The notes below the pieces were generated by a model. That model saw only the letters and a program-made list of their open reading frames with translations. It was not told where the DNA came from and searched no databases. Positions 22,281 through 34,556 of a DNA stretch of 64,000 nt are shown piece after piece. The stretch comes from Bacteroidota bacterium (GTDB taxonomy: Bacteria; Bacteroidota; Bacteroidia; Chitinophagales; Chitinophagaceae). The stretch's first letter is position 1. The number at the start of each line of letters is the position of its first letter. Position numbers and translations under genes: made by a program. Where the stretch lies: positions 1 through 64,000 of the forward strand of contig JADJZY010000014.1 of the NCBI GenBank assembly GCA_016715505.1, written 5' to 3'.

Positions 22281-23336
22281 TTAAAAACGCGAACAAGGGA
22301 AGGCTATTCTCCTTGCAAAATCAAGTGGATTCGGTTTGATATATCGTAATGAAATTTCAAAACCGCCATTGCCCCCTGAAGCCACATTCAGGTCAGACAT
22401 ATTGTAGTCGTAACCGAAACCAACGCGAAATCCTTTGTGTTCAAACCCAGCAGTAATCAGGGTTGCATCGCCAAAACGATACCATCCACCAACGAATACG
22501 CCTGTAGCTACTGAACGAATATCCGGATCACCAACGATGTATAAAAATTCAGAACCTGCAATCATTTCTGTCGCCGCTGTTTGCGATTGATACAAGAAAG
22601 CCGGGCGAATGCTCAAACGGTATCCTGCATTCCATACTGCCCCAATTTGGGTGTTGATGCGCATTCCTAAACCAACCTCATTATTTTGTTTTTTCAAAAA
22701 GGATTCTTTAGGTTGATTGAGGTTATGACCAGCTACACCGATGGTATAACCAAAATTTTCTGAAATCGCATGCTGCCATTGGATACCTGCATTTGCCGTA
22801 AAATATTTCACTTTAGGATTCAACAATTCGCCTGTAGTACCTGGTTGAAATCCTCCGTTATAAAATTCATCCTGCCAGTATAAACGGGCTAAATCGATGG
22901 ATTTTTGGGTATATCCGCCCTGTAAACCAACTGAGATAGACTTATTACTTTCTGTCCCTAAAAATTTATGGTAGGCAATTGAAGCCAACATCGACAAATT
23001 AGCCAAGTTACCATCACCTGAACGGTCATTATAAATACTTACGCCAGCTGCCAGATAATCATCAATGGCGACATCCTTAAATAATGGCGCATCCACTGAT
23101 CCACCAAAGGTGACATACGGTGTAGTTACGCTAGACCATTGATTTCTGTATATTCCGGTAACACGGAGCAGTCCATTATAACTTCCCGTCAGCGCCGGAT
23201 TCATAATCATCGGAGCCCCATTAAATTGGGTGAAATGGATGTCCTGTGCCTGAGCACTCACTAAAGCGCAAACAGCCGCCAAAGAAAGGGCTGCCTTGCG
23301 AACAAATTTTTGAATATTCATATGATGAAAAATCAT
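22281..23336 (-). CDS. PorP/SprF-family T9SS outer-membrane protein (type-B CTD cargo partner)
   Basis: N-terminal signature DIHFTQFNGAPMIMNPALTGSYNGLLRVTGIYRNQWSSV is characteristic of the PorP/SprF family. It lies 3 nt downstream of the type-B CTD adhesin gene, the classic sprB-sprF-like arrangement. Confidence 0.8.
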   Translation of the reverse strand: MIFHHMNIQKFVRKAALSLAAVCALVSAQAQDIHFTQFNGAPMIMNPALTGSYNGLLRVTGIYRNQWSSVTTPYVTFGGSVDAPLFKDVAIDDYLAAGVSIYNDRSGDGNLANLSMLASIAYHKFLGTESNKSISVGLQGGYTQKSIDLARLYWQDEFYNGGFQPGTTGELLNPKVKYFTANAGIQWQHAISENFGYTIGVAGHNLNQPKESFLKKQNNEVGLGMRINTQIGAVWNAGYRLSIRPAFLYQSQTAATEMIAGSEFLYIVGDPDIRSVATGVFVGGWYRFGDATLITAGFEHKGFRVGFGYDYNMSDLNVASGGNGGFEISLRYIKPNPLDFARRIAFPCSRF

Positions 23337-23338
23337 TG

Positions 23339-26300
23339 TTATCGAATTAATGTTACGTTACCTTGTTTATTAAATCTTTTTCCAGTCGTTGTTTTCGCAT
23401 CTACTACATATACATACGTTCCCATCGGTTGAGGTTTTCCTTTGTACTGCCCATTCCAACCTTTTTCAATGTCGTTGGTTTCGAATACAAGCTCACCCCA
23501 TCTGTTATAAATCCTGAAGAAGTTCAATGTTGCCAAACCACGCTTGATGATGCGTAATTCGTCATTGATACTCGTACCGGATCCGGGACTGAATGCATTA
23601 GGCAAATCTAATATACTTTCAGGAGAAATCCTAATCGTGATAGAATCAATGGCCGGACAACCAAACTCTGTAGTAGCCGTTACAAAATATTGGGTTGTAA
23701 CAGGCGGTGTGGCGATCGGATTTTTAATTTTATCACTGGAAAGATGGTAATTCGGGGTCCAGTTATAGAAAGAGCAGTTACCATCCGGATTGATATTAGC
23801 CGATTCTCCCGGATAGAGGGTGATATCTTCGCCGGCATCAATCACACCTTCCGAAGCGACCATGATTCGAACCAAATCAGTATCTGTACATCCAAACTGA
23901 CTGGTGGTATAAAGGGTATATTCAATATACTCTTTGGGTTTTGAAACGGGATTGGGAATATCCTGATCGTTCAGATATAACGCAGGTTCCCAATGATAGG
24001 CAACTCCCCCATTGGCTTGTAATTGCACGGAATCACGCGGACAAATGGTTTCCTCTTCGGGACTTGCATTTGCAAATTCTACGGAATGAACGGTGATGAA
24101 TACAAAATCGGTATCGGCACATCCTATTGGAGTGCTAACGATGAGTTGTAGGTTCGTATTATTCATCCCATCAAAAACAGGATCCAAAATAGATGCATTA
24201 CTGAGATCCACACCCGGAGTCCAGGTATAGGTATATCCGGCAAAAACCTGATCAACTGTTGCATGTAACTGCACAGTATCATACTGACACATCACACGGT
24301 CGGGCCCTGCATCAATCACTGGAACAGGTTCTACATTAATATCAAATGATTTCGACATCGGAATACATCCCGGATATGTGGCAGTGACGGTATAAGAAAC
24401 ATTGGCATCCGGAATTGAAATAGGGTCTTCGATACTCGGATTATTTAAATAAGCAGTTGGAGACCATGTATACGAAAACAGCGGATGACCTGTCACATTA
24501 ATCGGAATGGTTGCACCCCGGCAAACCGTGGTATCTCCATTGTGTAGCGTAATGTCATTAGGAAGTATAAATACATTCATCGTATCATATCCCGCACATC
24601 CTACAGCGGTTGGTTCCACTTGCAAATACAGTGTCCAGTTGCCTAACTGGGTGAAAGTCCCTAATGGATTGGGGATATTTGTGGCGTTCAGGAAACCGGA
24701 ACCGGGCCCACTCCATGTATACGAATAATTCTGATTAGGAGAAATGACCGGATTAAACTGAATAGCTTGTTGGAGGCAAATAATGGTATCATTCCCAATA
24801 TTCACCGAAGGTTCCTGATTAATGGTAATGCGAATTGTATCACATTTAGGGGCACAACCTGAATTAGGCAATGTGGCACAAACAATATAATCGGTAGTTA
24901 CATTTGGGCTAACCGTCGGATTTTTGATATTTGGATTATTGATATTGGTTGTTGGCGTCCAGCTATAAATTAAAGAATCGTCACCGGAAACCTGGATGAA
25001 TACACTATCCTCCTTGCAAATGGCCGTATCAGGAGTCATGATATACATTTGAATGGTATCGCTGATGAACAAACTCACCGAATCAACGATGCTATTTGAA
25101 CAAGGCGCCAACTGATAAATTTTTATTTCTTCGATGGGTTCAGCCGTATTATCCTGAATACCTCCAATAACGATATAAGCAACAGTATCATTGGCAGGTA
25201 TGGTAACTTGTCCAAATGGAGCCCCCGGAGGTATGGTTGAAACATTGTAATCAGCCGGATAGGATGCAGAACCACCTACCTGATAATTGATGGTATAAGG
25301 TGTACTGTTTGCAACCGGGCGTTTTACTTTAATAAAACCAGCTGCACAACCTTCCACAATATAGGGGTAAGGATTAATCAGGTTTGAAATAGGTGTAAAG
25401 GTAATGGCATCGGAAGAGAGACTTCCTGCTTTTAGGAATACACCGGTATCGTAAACCTGCTCAGATGCACCACCCACTGCTAATTTGAGATGGTAAGTTG
25501 AGCAAGGAACAACCAAAGCCAATGCCGTAAGTGTTGTAGTAAACCCGGTATAACTCATATTTGTAGAAATACCGGCATTAAAACTATCAATATTTGAAAC
25601 ATAGTATTGGGTATAAGGACCGTTCCCTCCAGTATTATTGAAACAGCTACTTCCTGGGCCACCATTCAATCCATTGTTTATGGTTGAAATTGCCACCGGA
25701 TAATTGGTTCCAGGTATTAATGCAATATTGGCCGAATTATTTGAAAAAGGTCCGGTAACTCCGGGGCCGCTGATGAAGAAACCGAAAATGTCATTAATTG
25801 AACAGTTAAAAACATCATATTCCTCACTTCCAAAAACCTAATCAAACTTCACCGTATCGCCCAGCGGCACAAAATCAAATTCCAACACACAAGCATCATT
25901 AATCGTTACATTATTACCCAAAATAACTAAGTCTGGATCTGAGTTGCCCGCCGTTGAAGTTGATGCAAACTGCGCAGCCCCAGTTGTACCAGGTGATTGC
26001 CCCGCACCAATATTCACTCCAATTGATACAGGACTCGTAAGAACATTTCCTGAAGAAAGTACGATACCGCTATCTAATCCAAATACCGTATTCGGAGTGG
26101 CATAAAACTGTCCTGCCGAATTCATAGAGTCGCATTGTCCAAAAAAGCCTGCATTACTAACCGTTACTCCGGGCCCTGCCAACATTTGCGCCAAAACATT
26201 GGCATTACTGTTGACAATCACATTATTCATCTGCGCGGTTGATTGAAATCCAAAGAGGACCGCTATAATCAATAGTTTTATTCCAATCTTAAAACTTAGT

Positions 26301-26344
26301 TTCACTTTATTTCTATTTTTCGTTATTCCGCTGATTAATTTCAA
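23339..26344 (-). CDS. Large adhesin-like T9SS cargo protein with type-B CTD (paralog of 3745-6261); two ORFs in the same frame joined by an in-frame TAG at 25838-25840
   Basis: 25838-26344 (168 aa; signal peptide and N-terminal module ending ...GDTVKFD) and 23339-25696 (785 aa; ends with type-B CTD PNAFSPGSGTSINDEL...YNRWGELVFE...GWNGQYKG). Hand translation of 25697-25837 in the same frame gives VKFD*VFGSEEYDVFNCSINDIFGFFISGPG, which is colinear with the paralog (VKFDYVFGSAEYPSF...). Confidence 0.7.
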
Positions 26345-26520
26345 TAATTCCCTTACTAAGGCATCATTCTATTCAATTCAAGCCAAGAAGATTAATAAAT
26401 ACTTTTATTTTCATATTAAACTGTCTTCAAAAGTAATTCTATTCTTCAATTCTTCCAATTTTCAACATTTAGCATCGAAAATCCAAATCATTTCGAATAT
26501 TTCCATTTAAGTTTGTCTCA

Positions 26521-29029
26521 ATGGCAAAAGCAAAAAGAAAACAAACTAAAGACAATGAAAAGGTGAGCGTCGAGAAGGCTGGCCCGCGATTTACTGCCCT
26601 ATTCAAAGACGGCCGGATGTCCAAAATAGTTGGCATAATGATGATTTTCATAGCGATTTTTTTAGGGATTTCCTTTTTTTCCTACTTTTTCACCTGGAAA
26701 GAAGATCAGGATGTAGTCATGAATAGCGCTTCATTTTGGCAATTCATCAATCAATCGGACCAAAACACCCTGAACCGCGGGGGTAAGCTGGGCGCCTGGC
26801 TTTCTCATCAACTCATCTATAACGGATTTGGGTTATCAGCCTGGGTTATCAGCTTGTTGCTTTTCATGGGTGGTATTCAAATCATCAGCCGTCAACGTTT
26901 TTACGCACGTTTAAAAACAATTGCTTTTGGTATATTGAGTATCTTGTTGGCTTCACCGCTTTTGGCTTATCTATTGCCCGGTCATCAGTTTGAGTTTTCA
27001 TATGGAGGGCGTTTTGGCAATCTGGTCATCGGCAAACTTTTACTTTTAGCGGGAAATATCGGCACGGCCAGTATTATGATTGCCATTGGTTTGATTGTAT
27101 TGGTATTGATTTTTAACCCCATCTTCTCCTTGCCAATATGGCATCAATTGCGAGAACGATTCAATCGCCCTGCCGAGGAAAAACCAATTCCCCAGCCTAT
27201 TCAGCCTGAAATGATTATTCAACCCGAACCGGCCTACCAACAAACCTGGCCTGAGGCGGAAAACAAGTTGAATGTTCCCGAACAACATACCCCTGTTCTT
27301 GAAATTGACCCTTCTTTTTTTGATTCAATTGATCCAATCATCCCCACAATCGAAACAGCTCCAATGCCGGAATCTTCGGTTATAGAACTTGAACCCGAAA
27401 TAGCCTCTGTCAAACAAAGTACTGTTGATGAATTGGACTTTGAAGTTCATACAGCCATCGAAAAATCTGTACCGGAAGTAGTTGCTTCGGGCGTATCTGT
27501 AGCCGGTGATGAACCTTATGATCCTTCTCTGGAATTACGGAGTTATAAATTTCCAACGCTTGATTTATTAGAAAACCGAAACACGGAGGACATTTCGGTA
27601 GACAAAGCGGAATTGGAACAAAACAAAAATCAAATCATCAATACATTAAAAAGTTTTAGGATTGCCATTGCTAAAATTTCTGCTACAGTTGGGCCAACGG
27701 TTACCTTGTACGAGATTGTACCCGCAGAAGGTGTGCGTATTTCAAAAATTCGTAATCTGGAAGATGATATTGCCTTGAGTTTATCGGCCCTGGGGATTCG
27801 GATTATTGCACCGATACCGGGCAAAGGCACCATCGGTATTGAGGTGCCCAATATGAAAAAACAAATCGTGAATATGCGCACCCTGATCGCTTCCGATAAG
27901 TTTATTCATAACGATTTTAGTTTGCCGATTGCATTGGGTAAAAAAATTGACAACGAAAACTATATTGTCGATTTAGCCAAGATGCCCCATTTATTGATGG
28001 CGGGTGCAACCGGACAAGGTAAGTCGGTGGGTATTAATACGATACTGGTTTCTTTGTTATATAAAAAAACATCCATCGCAGTTGAAGTTTGTGATGGTGG
28101 ACCCAAAGAAAGTTGAACTCTCCATTTATAAACTCATCGAAAAGCATTTTTTGGCGAAGTTGCCCAATGAAGATGAGGCGATTATAACCGACACAAAAAA
28201 GGTAATTAATACGCTCAATGCTTTGTGTATTGAAATGGATAATCGGTACGACTTACTGAAAGAGGCCGGTGTAAGAAATATTAAAGAGTACAATGAAAAA
28301 TTTATCAAGCGACGTTTGAATCCCAACAAGGGCCATAAATATTTACCTTTTATCGTTTTGGTGGTAGATGAGTTTGCCGACCTCATCATGACTGCGGGCA
28401 AAGAGGTAGAAATGCCTATTGCGCGATTGGCACAACTTGCGCGGGCTGTTGGTATCCATTTGATCATTGCGACACAACGACCTAGTGTAAATGTTATTAC
28501 CGGTACGATCAAGGCAAACTTCCCTGCACGGGTTGCATTCCGCGTATCTGCAAAAGTAGATTCCAGAACCATTTTGGATGCAGGTGGTGCCGAACAGTTA
28601 ATTGGTCAGGGTGATATGTTGATATTGAATGGAAGTGAATTGGTTCGTTTACAATGTGCGTTCGTTGATACCCCTGAAGTAGAGCGCATTGTTGAATTTA
28701 TTGGTACACAACAGGGATATCCTTCAGCCTTTGATTTGCCTGAATATGAAGGCAGCGATGGTAGTGAATTAAATCTGAGTGGCGGTAAATCATTAAAAGA
28801 TGTGGACAGTATGTTTGAACAGTGTGCCCGCCTTGTGGTGACATCAGGCAGTGGCTCTACATCCATGTTACAACGAAGATTTAATCTGGGTTATAATCGT
28901 GCCGGTCGGATTATGGATCAACTTGAAGCGGCCGGTGTAGTAGGCGCCAGTACAGGTGGCAAACCGCGGGAATTAATGGTTCATACCGAAGCGGAATTGG
29001 AAGAGATTCTGCGAAATATATTGCCATGA
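26521..29029 (+). CDS. ftsK: DNA translocase FtsK/SpoIIIE (apparent frameshift at A7 run ~28065-28075)
   Basis: N-terminal TM domain, Pro/Glu-rich linker, and a motor domain with Walker A GATGQGKS, VVDEFADL, the IIATQRPS motif and a C-terminal gamma/winged-helix domain. ORFs 26521-28116 and 28004-29029 overlap. Confidence 0.9.
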
Positions 29030-29063
29030 TGAATAGAACGAAAACGTTACTATTCATTTTTTT
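29030..29063 (+). terminator. Rho-independent terminator after ftsK
   Basis: Hairpin tgaatag...ctattca (7-bp stem with internal aacg/cgtt pairing) followed by T7, directly after the ftsK stop. Confidence 0.55.
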
Positions 29064-29313
29064 CTCGTTGCTGATATTTACTCGCATATCAAAGCTCTGC
29101 TATGCGCAAAAGCATATTTTCTTTTGACAGCATGAAAGTATTCGATCAACCCAAATGTTGCAGTTGGACACAGCCAATGGCAAATACGAATTAGAAAATC
29201 AAATACTTCCGCTTATTTGTCTCAATATGATTTTCTAATTTGGGGTTACCGAGCAAATCCTTTACAGGCTTTGTTTACAGTAGCTTCGTGCCTTGCTACT
29301 GCAAAATCTCGGA

Positions 29314-30855
29314 TCAACAACCCGGGCGTTCAACTAATTTGACTTCATGATTTTTAACGGAAATCAGAAACCCTTCCAAGTGGAATCTGACATTCACTGG
29401 TTTACCATTCTTCATGGCAGGTTTAAATTGAATAGGCCCCTGAAGAATGTCAAGAAGCCTTTTTTGCAGGGATTGTCTTAATTCATTCCGGTAGATTAAC
29501 TCCTTATCATCCGGAGATAAATATGGCTCAATTGCAGCTTGGTCAAAAAAGGCTATTTTACCTTTATCATCGATCACTAAATTATTTAAACGAAGTTCGT
29601 ATCGACCATCTTCTAGTTTGGAAAGTTCATTTTTAAGATTCACAAAAAGATATTCATCCAAATATCGTGCAGATTGAAGAACGGGAGATGAATAATCCGT
29701 TTCAAACTTGGGAATCAAAAAATGCGATTCGTTGCCATAAATAACTTGGTTATTAATTTTAACGGGTACTTTTTCAACAAGCACCTTTTCCATTCGCAAA
29801 AGCTGTCCATTAGCGGGATCATAAACCGGCAAAGAATCAGGAATTGAAACAGTCAAAAACATACTATTTTGTTGATTCATGGACTCACGATTTTGGAATG
29901 GAATGATTTTAAACTCTCCATATTCTATCAAGTTATTCTGAAATCGGACTTTACCTAATGCCGATCCGGTGCCGCCTGAAAAGGATGTTTGGGTGCAAAA
30001 AATGACCAATAAAACAAGTAATGGTATTCCTGCAAAGTATTTTAATAATTTAATTCGAGTACTGTGTGATTGTGTAAGCATGGCTATTCTGGTTTTTATA
30101 GGTGAATCATTAAATGAATGAGTTAAAGTAGGAGCTCCTTGCAAAAGATTCAAGTCGATCAGAAAAGAACCGTATACATGAATATTATTTGCGCCAATTT
30201 GATCTGCCTGAAACTCATGTACGATTCTTAATTTCCGAAAGTATATATGAGAAAGTGGGTTAAACCAAAAGAGGATCCTAAAAACGATTAAAAAGATATT
30301 ATCTAAAGAATGATATTGCCGAACATGTTCCCTTTCATGTGCTAAGATAAGATGCCATTCCGAATGGTTGAAGTCATCTTTTGATTTGATAAAAATATAA
30401 TTGAATATAGAGAATGGACAGTGGGTAAGTTGAGTTTCTATAATGATACAACCCGATTCATGACTTTTTTTCCCGTTTTTAAATAAACGAAAAAGAACAT
30501 GCATTTCCTTAAAAAGCATGAGTATTCCGATCGTTATACCTATTAAATAAATCGCCCAAAGCCCTATCTCAATCAGATGATTCGAATTTGAAATGGGATC
30601 TGAAATTCTTGCCACCGGATCCATGATGTAAGTATTCTTCATTTCCACAACTCGATTCGAAGGGTAGAAATTTGATGACCCCTGTTCGGGAAATACCTGT
30701 TTCAAACTGATCGTAGGAAGAATCAGACCAACACTAAGCGTGACTAAAAGATAGATTCTATTGATTTGATGGAAACTCTCCTTTCGCAGGAAAAATTCGT
30801 AAAGCATTAAAAACGCCAACCAAATTATACTTGAATTAATGATGTAATGGAGCAT
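29314..30855 (-). CDS. BlaR1/MecR1-like M56-family peptidase signal transducer with C-terminal extracytoplasmic domain
   Basis: 513 aa with N-terminal TMs and an M56 zinc-peptidase HEXXH motif (LAHEREHVRQYH). The stop is 1 nt after the blaI-like gene start region, indicating operon coupling. Confidence 0.8.
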   Translation of the reverse strand: MLHYIINSSIIWLAFLMLYEFFLRKESFHQINRIYLLVTLSVGLILPTISLKQVFPEQGSSNFYPSNRVVEMKNTYIMDPVARISDPISNSNHLIEIGLWAIYLIGITIGILMLFKEMHVLFRLFKNGKKSHESGCIIIETQLTHCPFSIFNYIFIKSKDDFNHSEWHLILAHEREHVRQYHSLDNIFLIVFRILFWFNPLSHIYFRKLRIVHEFQADQIGANNIHVYGSFLIDLNLLQGAPTLTHSFNDSPIKTRIAMLTQSHSTRIKLLKYFAGIPLLVLLVIFCTQTSFSGGTGSALGKVRFQNNLIEYGEFKIIPFQNRESMNQQNSMFLTVSIPDSLPVYDPANGQLLRMEKVLVEKVPVKINNQVIYGNESHFLIPKFETDYSSPVLQSARYLDEYLFVNLKNELSKLEDGRYELRLNNLVIDDKGKIAFFDQAAIEPYLSPDDKELIYRNELRQSLQKRLLDILQGPIQFKPAMKNGKPVNVRFHLEGFLISVKNHEVKLVERPGC

Positions 30856-30856
30856 A

Positions 30857-31225
30857 TTATTTCTTTTTCGATTTAGATAATGATTGCTTTAAAGCATTCA
30901 ACTCGTTCAAATCAAGATCATTCTTTTGAAGGATGAAACTGACCAGTTGGCTGGGTGAACCACTAAAGTATTTTTTCATCAAACTCCTGACATTCTGTTG
31001 AGCATATTCCTCCTTGGAAATGGCCGGGCGATATTCATGGGTTTTACCATATGCTTTATGCGTTACGAATCCTTTTCGTTCAAGAATACGCACTACAGAA
31101 GATACGGTACTATGAGGAATATCTGGCTGGCCTAAATGATCGATAATATCACGAACGATACAAGTTTCCAGCTCCCATATAATTTGCAGAATGTCTTCTT
31201 CCGCCCTTGTCAATGAATGTTGCAT
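30857..31225 (-). CDS. BlaI/MecI/CopY-family transcriptional repressor
   Basis: 122 aa with a winged-helix N-terminus (LTRAEEDILQIIWELETCIVRDIIDHL...STVSSVVRILERKGFV) and a C-terminal dimerisation helix, typical of the BlaI family. Confidence 0.85.
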   Translation of the reverse strand: MQHSLTRAEEDILQIIWELETCIVRDIIDHLGQPDIPHSTVSSVVRILERKGFVTHKAYGKTHEYRPAISKEEYAQQNVRSLMKKYFSGSPSQLVSFILQKNDLDLNELNALKQSLSKSKKK

Positions 31226-31240
31226 AACTGCTTCTTCTTG

Positions 31241-31268
31241 TTTTATAACGTAAACTTACGTTATAAAA
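31241..31268. promoter_or_regulatory. Candidate BlaI-family operator: perfect 13-bp inverted repeat TTTTATAACGTAA-ac-TTACGTTATAAAA
   Basis: Read directly from the sequence, 16 nt upstream of the blaI-like start codon. BlaI/MecI repressors bind dyad operators overlapping their own promoter. Confidence 0.5.
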
Positions 31269-31634
31269 CGGATTATCCAAATATATTTTCAGACTTATTA
31301 CTTCATTGGCTAAAATTTATGAATTTGAAAACATTTTGCTGATCGGGTAACTTTCAAACCTAGCCCACCCAAATAGGTTATTTTACGCCATGAGCTAAAA
31401 TCGCTTTGATGTTGCTAATTGATGGAATAATGTCGCATGAACTAAAAGCACATACCATGTAATAAAAAAACTATTCGATGCCTATATATTGTCCCTGCTT
31501 AAAAACTCAGCGCGGCTTTATTTTTATACCATTCGAACTTTCCACAAGTTTGAACGATACACGCTGTTTAAAGCCTCTTCCTCAATTCTTCGCTACTGAG
31601 AATTTGAATCGAGAATGACAGAATCATAAAACAA

Positions 31635-32693
31635 TCATTCAAACGATCCTTTCACAAACTTTTTAGTGTACTGTGTTTTGTTTCTATTCACACGCATGGT
31701 ATACAAGCCATCACTGATATCCTGAATTTCCAGATTTTTAGGACCGTCATTAACACATACATCCGAAAGCAATAGCTGACCATACATATCGTAAAGTTGT
31801 ATTTGATCGCCACGCTGCACACCCGTTATATTTAGGGTATTGTTGGCGGGATTCGGGTACAAACCAAACATGACTGTTTCAGTATTGGATACAGAAGTCG
31901 CACAATTCACACTATAGATTGCATTTGCATCTTTGGTCCAATTGCTATTGGCATATGCTGCGGCAACATTAGACACTTGGATACATTGAAGGCTAGGACT
32001 ATTGATACAATTCATCGTTGCTAAGGCAGAAAGACCACTTAGGTTTAAATAAGCGTAATCGTCATTATTACCGCATTGCAAATAAGTCAAGGCATTTGCT
32101 CCACTTAAATTTATGGTATGTAATTTATTGTCGTTACAATACAAAAACTTTAATGCCGCATGATTGCTCAGGTTCAAACTGGGTATTTGATTCAGCATGC
32201 AATTTAAATGCTGCAGTGCAGTATTTGAACTGACATCTAAACTGCTCAGCTGGTTCAGATTACAAACTAAATATTTGAGCGAGGTGTTAGCACTCACATC
32301 CAAACTGCTTAATTGATTTTCACCACACGCCAGGGTTAACAAAGCTGTATTTGAACTTATATTCAGGGTCGATAATTGATTAGCAACGTGAACTCGTTAG
32401 GCAAGGTTTGAACTCAAATCCAAATTTGTCAACTGATTGCCGATACAACTCAGTCCGGTCAGATTTACAAAAGCCTCAATGCCCGTTAAATCTGAAATCG
32501 AATTATAGTTAATCGTGAGTGCTCCGGCAAATGCACTTGCCTCACTCACTTGAATTTCGGCATCGCCATTCGTGTTCACAAGTGGATTTGCCAGCAATTC
32601 GGCTTTAAAAATGGGATCAGGAATGGATACAACTTGGGCAAAAGAATGAAGGCCTACAAACAGGCTAATCAGGGAGATGATAACTCTTTTCAT
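31635..32693 (-). CDS. Leucine-rich-repeat T9SS cargo protein with type-A C-terminal sorting domain; single in-frame TAA at 32397-32399
   Basis: 32397-32693 (signal peptide and first LRRs) and 31635-32342 (about 22-aa LRRs LDVSANTSLKYLVCNLNQLSS... and a TIGR04183-like CTD) are in the same frame. Hand translation across the gap gives LDLSSNLA*RVHVANQLSTLNISSNTALLTLACGEN, where the stop falls at a Leu position of the repeat. Confidence 0.65.
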
Positions 32694-32822
32694 ATTTTCA
32701 TGTTTTACTGATTGAAGTTAATCCTTGTTTTTATAGCAATCAACTGAAAATATTATTTGTAGATAAACGCCTCATGAACCAAGTTCAATCAGCAAAAAAC
32801 AGCTCCTGAATATTCGCTTTTT

Positions 32823-34475
32823 TTATTCCTTTATCACCTTGACCGTCTTCGTTTCACGGCCATCATACACGATAAAGTAATAAATACCTTTTGCATAGCC
32901 CCGGATATCTACTTCAAAAATATCTTGATTTCGGATAATAGAACGATGTACCATTTTTGACTGTCCATCAAAGACAGTCAGTTGCAAAACATCTGTTCCA
33001 CTCATTCCACTATAGGTTACAGTTACTTTATCGCTCGCCGGATTTGGTGAAACACTTAACCAATCCAAAGGCGCTTCAATGGTGAAGGCTTTTTTATTGT
33101 TTTGTTCCCATTGCGACCAATTTGTATTTTGATCCGGATGAATCACATAATCATCTGGAGCAGTGCAGATATCACTTAAATCATATGCAGCAGGACTCAT
33201 CTGCAATAAATGGTTGGAAGATTTTAAACTTGCAGGTTTTACAAAGACACTTAACATTTTTCGCCTGGTAATGTGTTACGTTTCAAACGAATCTCGTGGG
33301 CATTTAATTGACAGGCGGATTCTCCATTTTGCGTGAAGGGCATCAAATAAATATCGGAGGCTTCATCACCTGCATATCCTATTCCACTTAACATAAATTG
33401 AGCATCGGGTAAACTTGATATTTGTGTAATAAAAAAATGTTTAAATAAGGAAAGTGATGATTTAGCAGTGACCGACATATCTGATAAATCAATCTTCATA
33501 ACCTGGCGCATAATCCTGAACGGTATTGCTAAAAACCGAACCAAGAATAATAGACTGACCCTGCTTCATGATGCCGGAGCATAATACTGGACTACCTTCG
33601 ATTTCAAATTGATCCTGAACGTTCAAACGCTGATCGAGTAAGAGCAATAAGGACTTTCCAAAATAAGCAACATCATTTAATACGGCATAATATTTACCAT
33701 CTTCCAGGATGATTCCGTTGGCTTGACCATAATAAGCGAAATTTTGAATTTGAAACTGATTCAGCAATCGCCCCGACTCATTAAATTGACAAAGGCTCCA
33801 GTATTTTTTGTAGATTTTTTTATCTTCTGTCACCGGACTGATCAGATTCATACTAACTGTCAGATTGCCATCCTGATCTAGAATCAATTGACGCGGATTG
33901 ATTTCCAAATGCCCTAAATCCAGTTTTCGCTGCCAAACAATCTGACCTTGGGCACTCATTTTGACCAACAATAAATAATCGCGATCATAAGCCAGGCTGC
34001 TTTTCATTTTTTGTTTACCCAATAAAAATAATTCCCCTTGAAGATTGGTGGTCAAATCACAGAATTCAACGGATTCATTTTGAAACAGCGTGCGACTCCA
34101 TTCAATGTCTGATTTTTTATTAAATGCCAGCAGTACGGAACCTGAGGCCGAATTACTTTCGTCCTGAGCCAATAAGATGGTTTTACCTGAAGGTAGGCGA
34201 ACCGTTTTAAACGGATGATTCAAAGAAGTTGAATGAGCAATAGAAGATTTTGTCACCTGCATTTTAGCATCCATTTCGATGAGCCATAATTGCCTGTTAC
34301 CGGCTTCGGTACCTTTCATCCCCAAAGCCAAAAAGCCGGTTTCAGAAGGTGTTATTTGAAATAATTCTTCAATGCCCTGATCTTTGAGAAGTTTAGTAGA
34401 TCGAAGTTTTTGTTGGGCTTGGATACCGTTCAATGCAGCGGAACACAACACCAGTAAAATAAATAGATGTTTCAT
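32823..34475 (-). CDS. Secreted beta-propeller-like T9SS cargo protein with type-A CTD (three ORFs; two frameshifts)
   Basis: 33489-34475 has a signal peptide MKHLFILLVLCSAALNGIQAQQ. 33251-33544 and 32823-33257 overlap head-to-tail. The C-terminus carries the Por-secretion CTD (LSVSPNPASDKVTVTY...GIYYFIVYDGRETKTVKVIKE). Confidence 0.55.
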
Positions 34476-34556
34476 GATAAATTATTTGAGGTGAAAAGAT
34501 GAATAAAGCTAAGTTCTTTTTCAGGCAAACAATCATCATATATGTTAAAGTTTATG

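Noticed and set aside
5404-25840. Possibility that TAG is reassigned to Tyr (alternative genetic code), since both in-frame TAGs align with Tyr
   Set aside because: rpoC (40923) terminates with TAG at the expected C-terminus, so TAG functions as a stop. TAT/TAC to TAG is simply the commonest single-step nonsense change.
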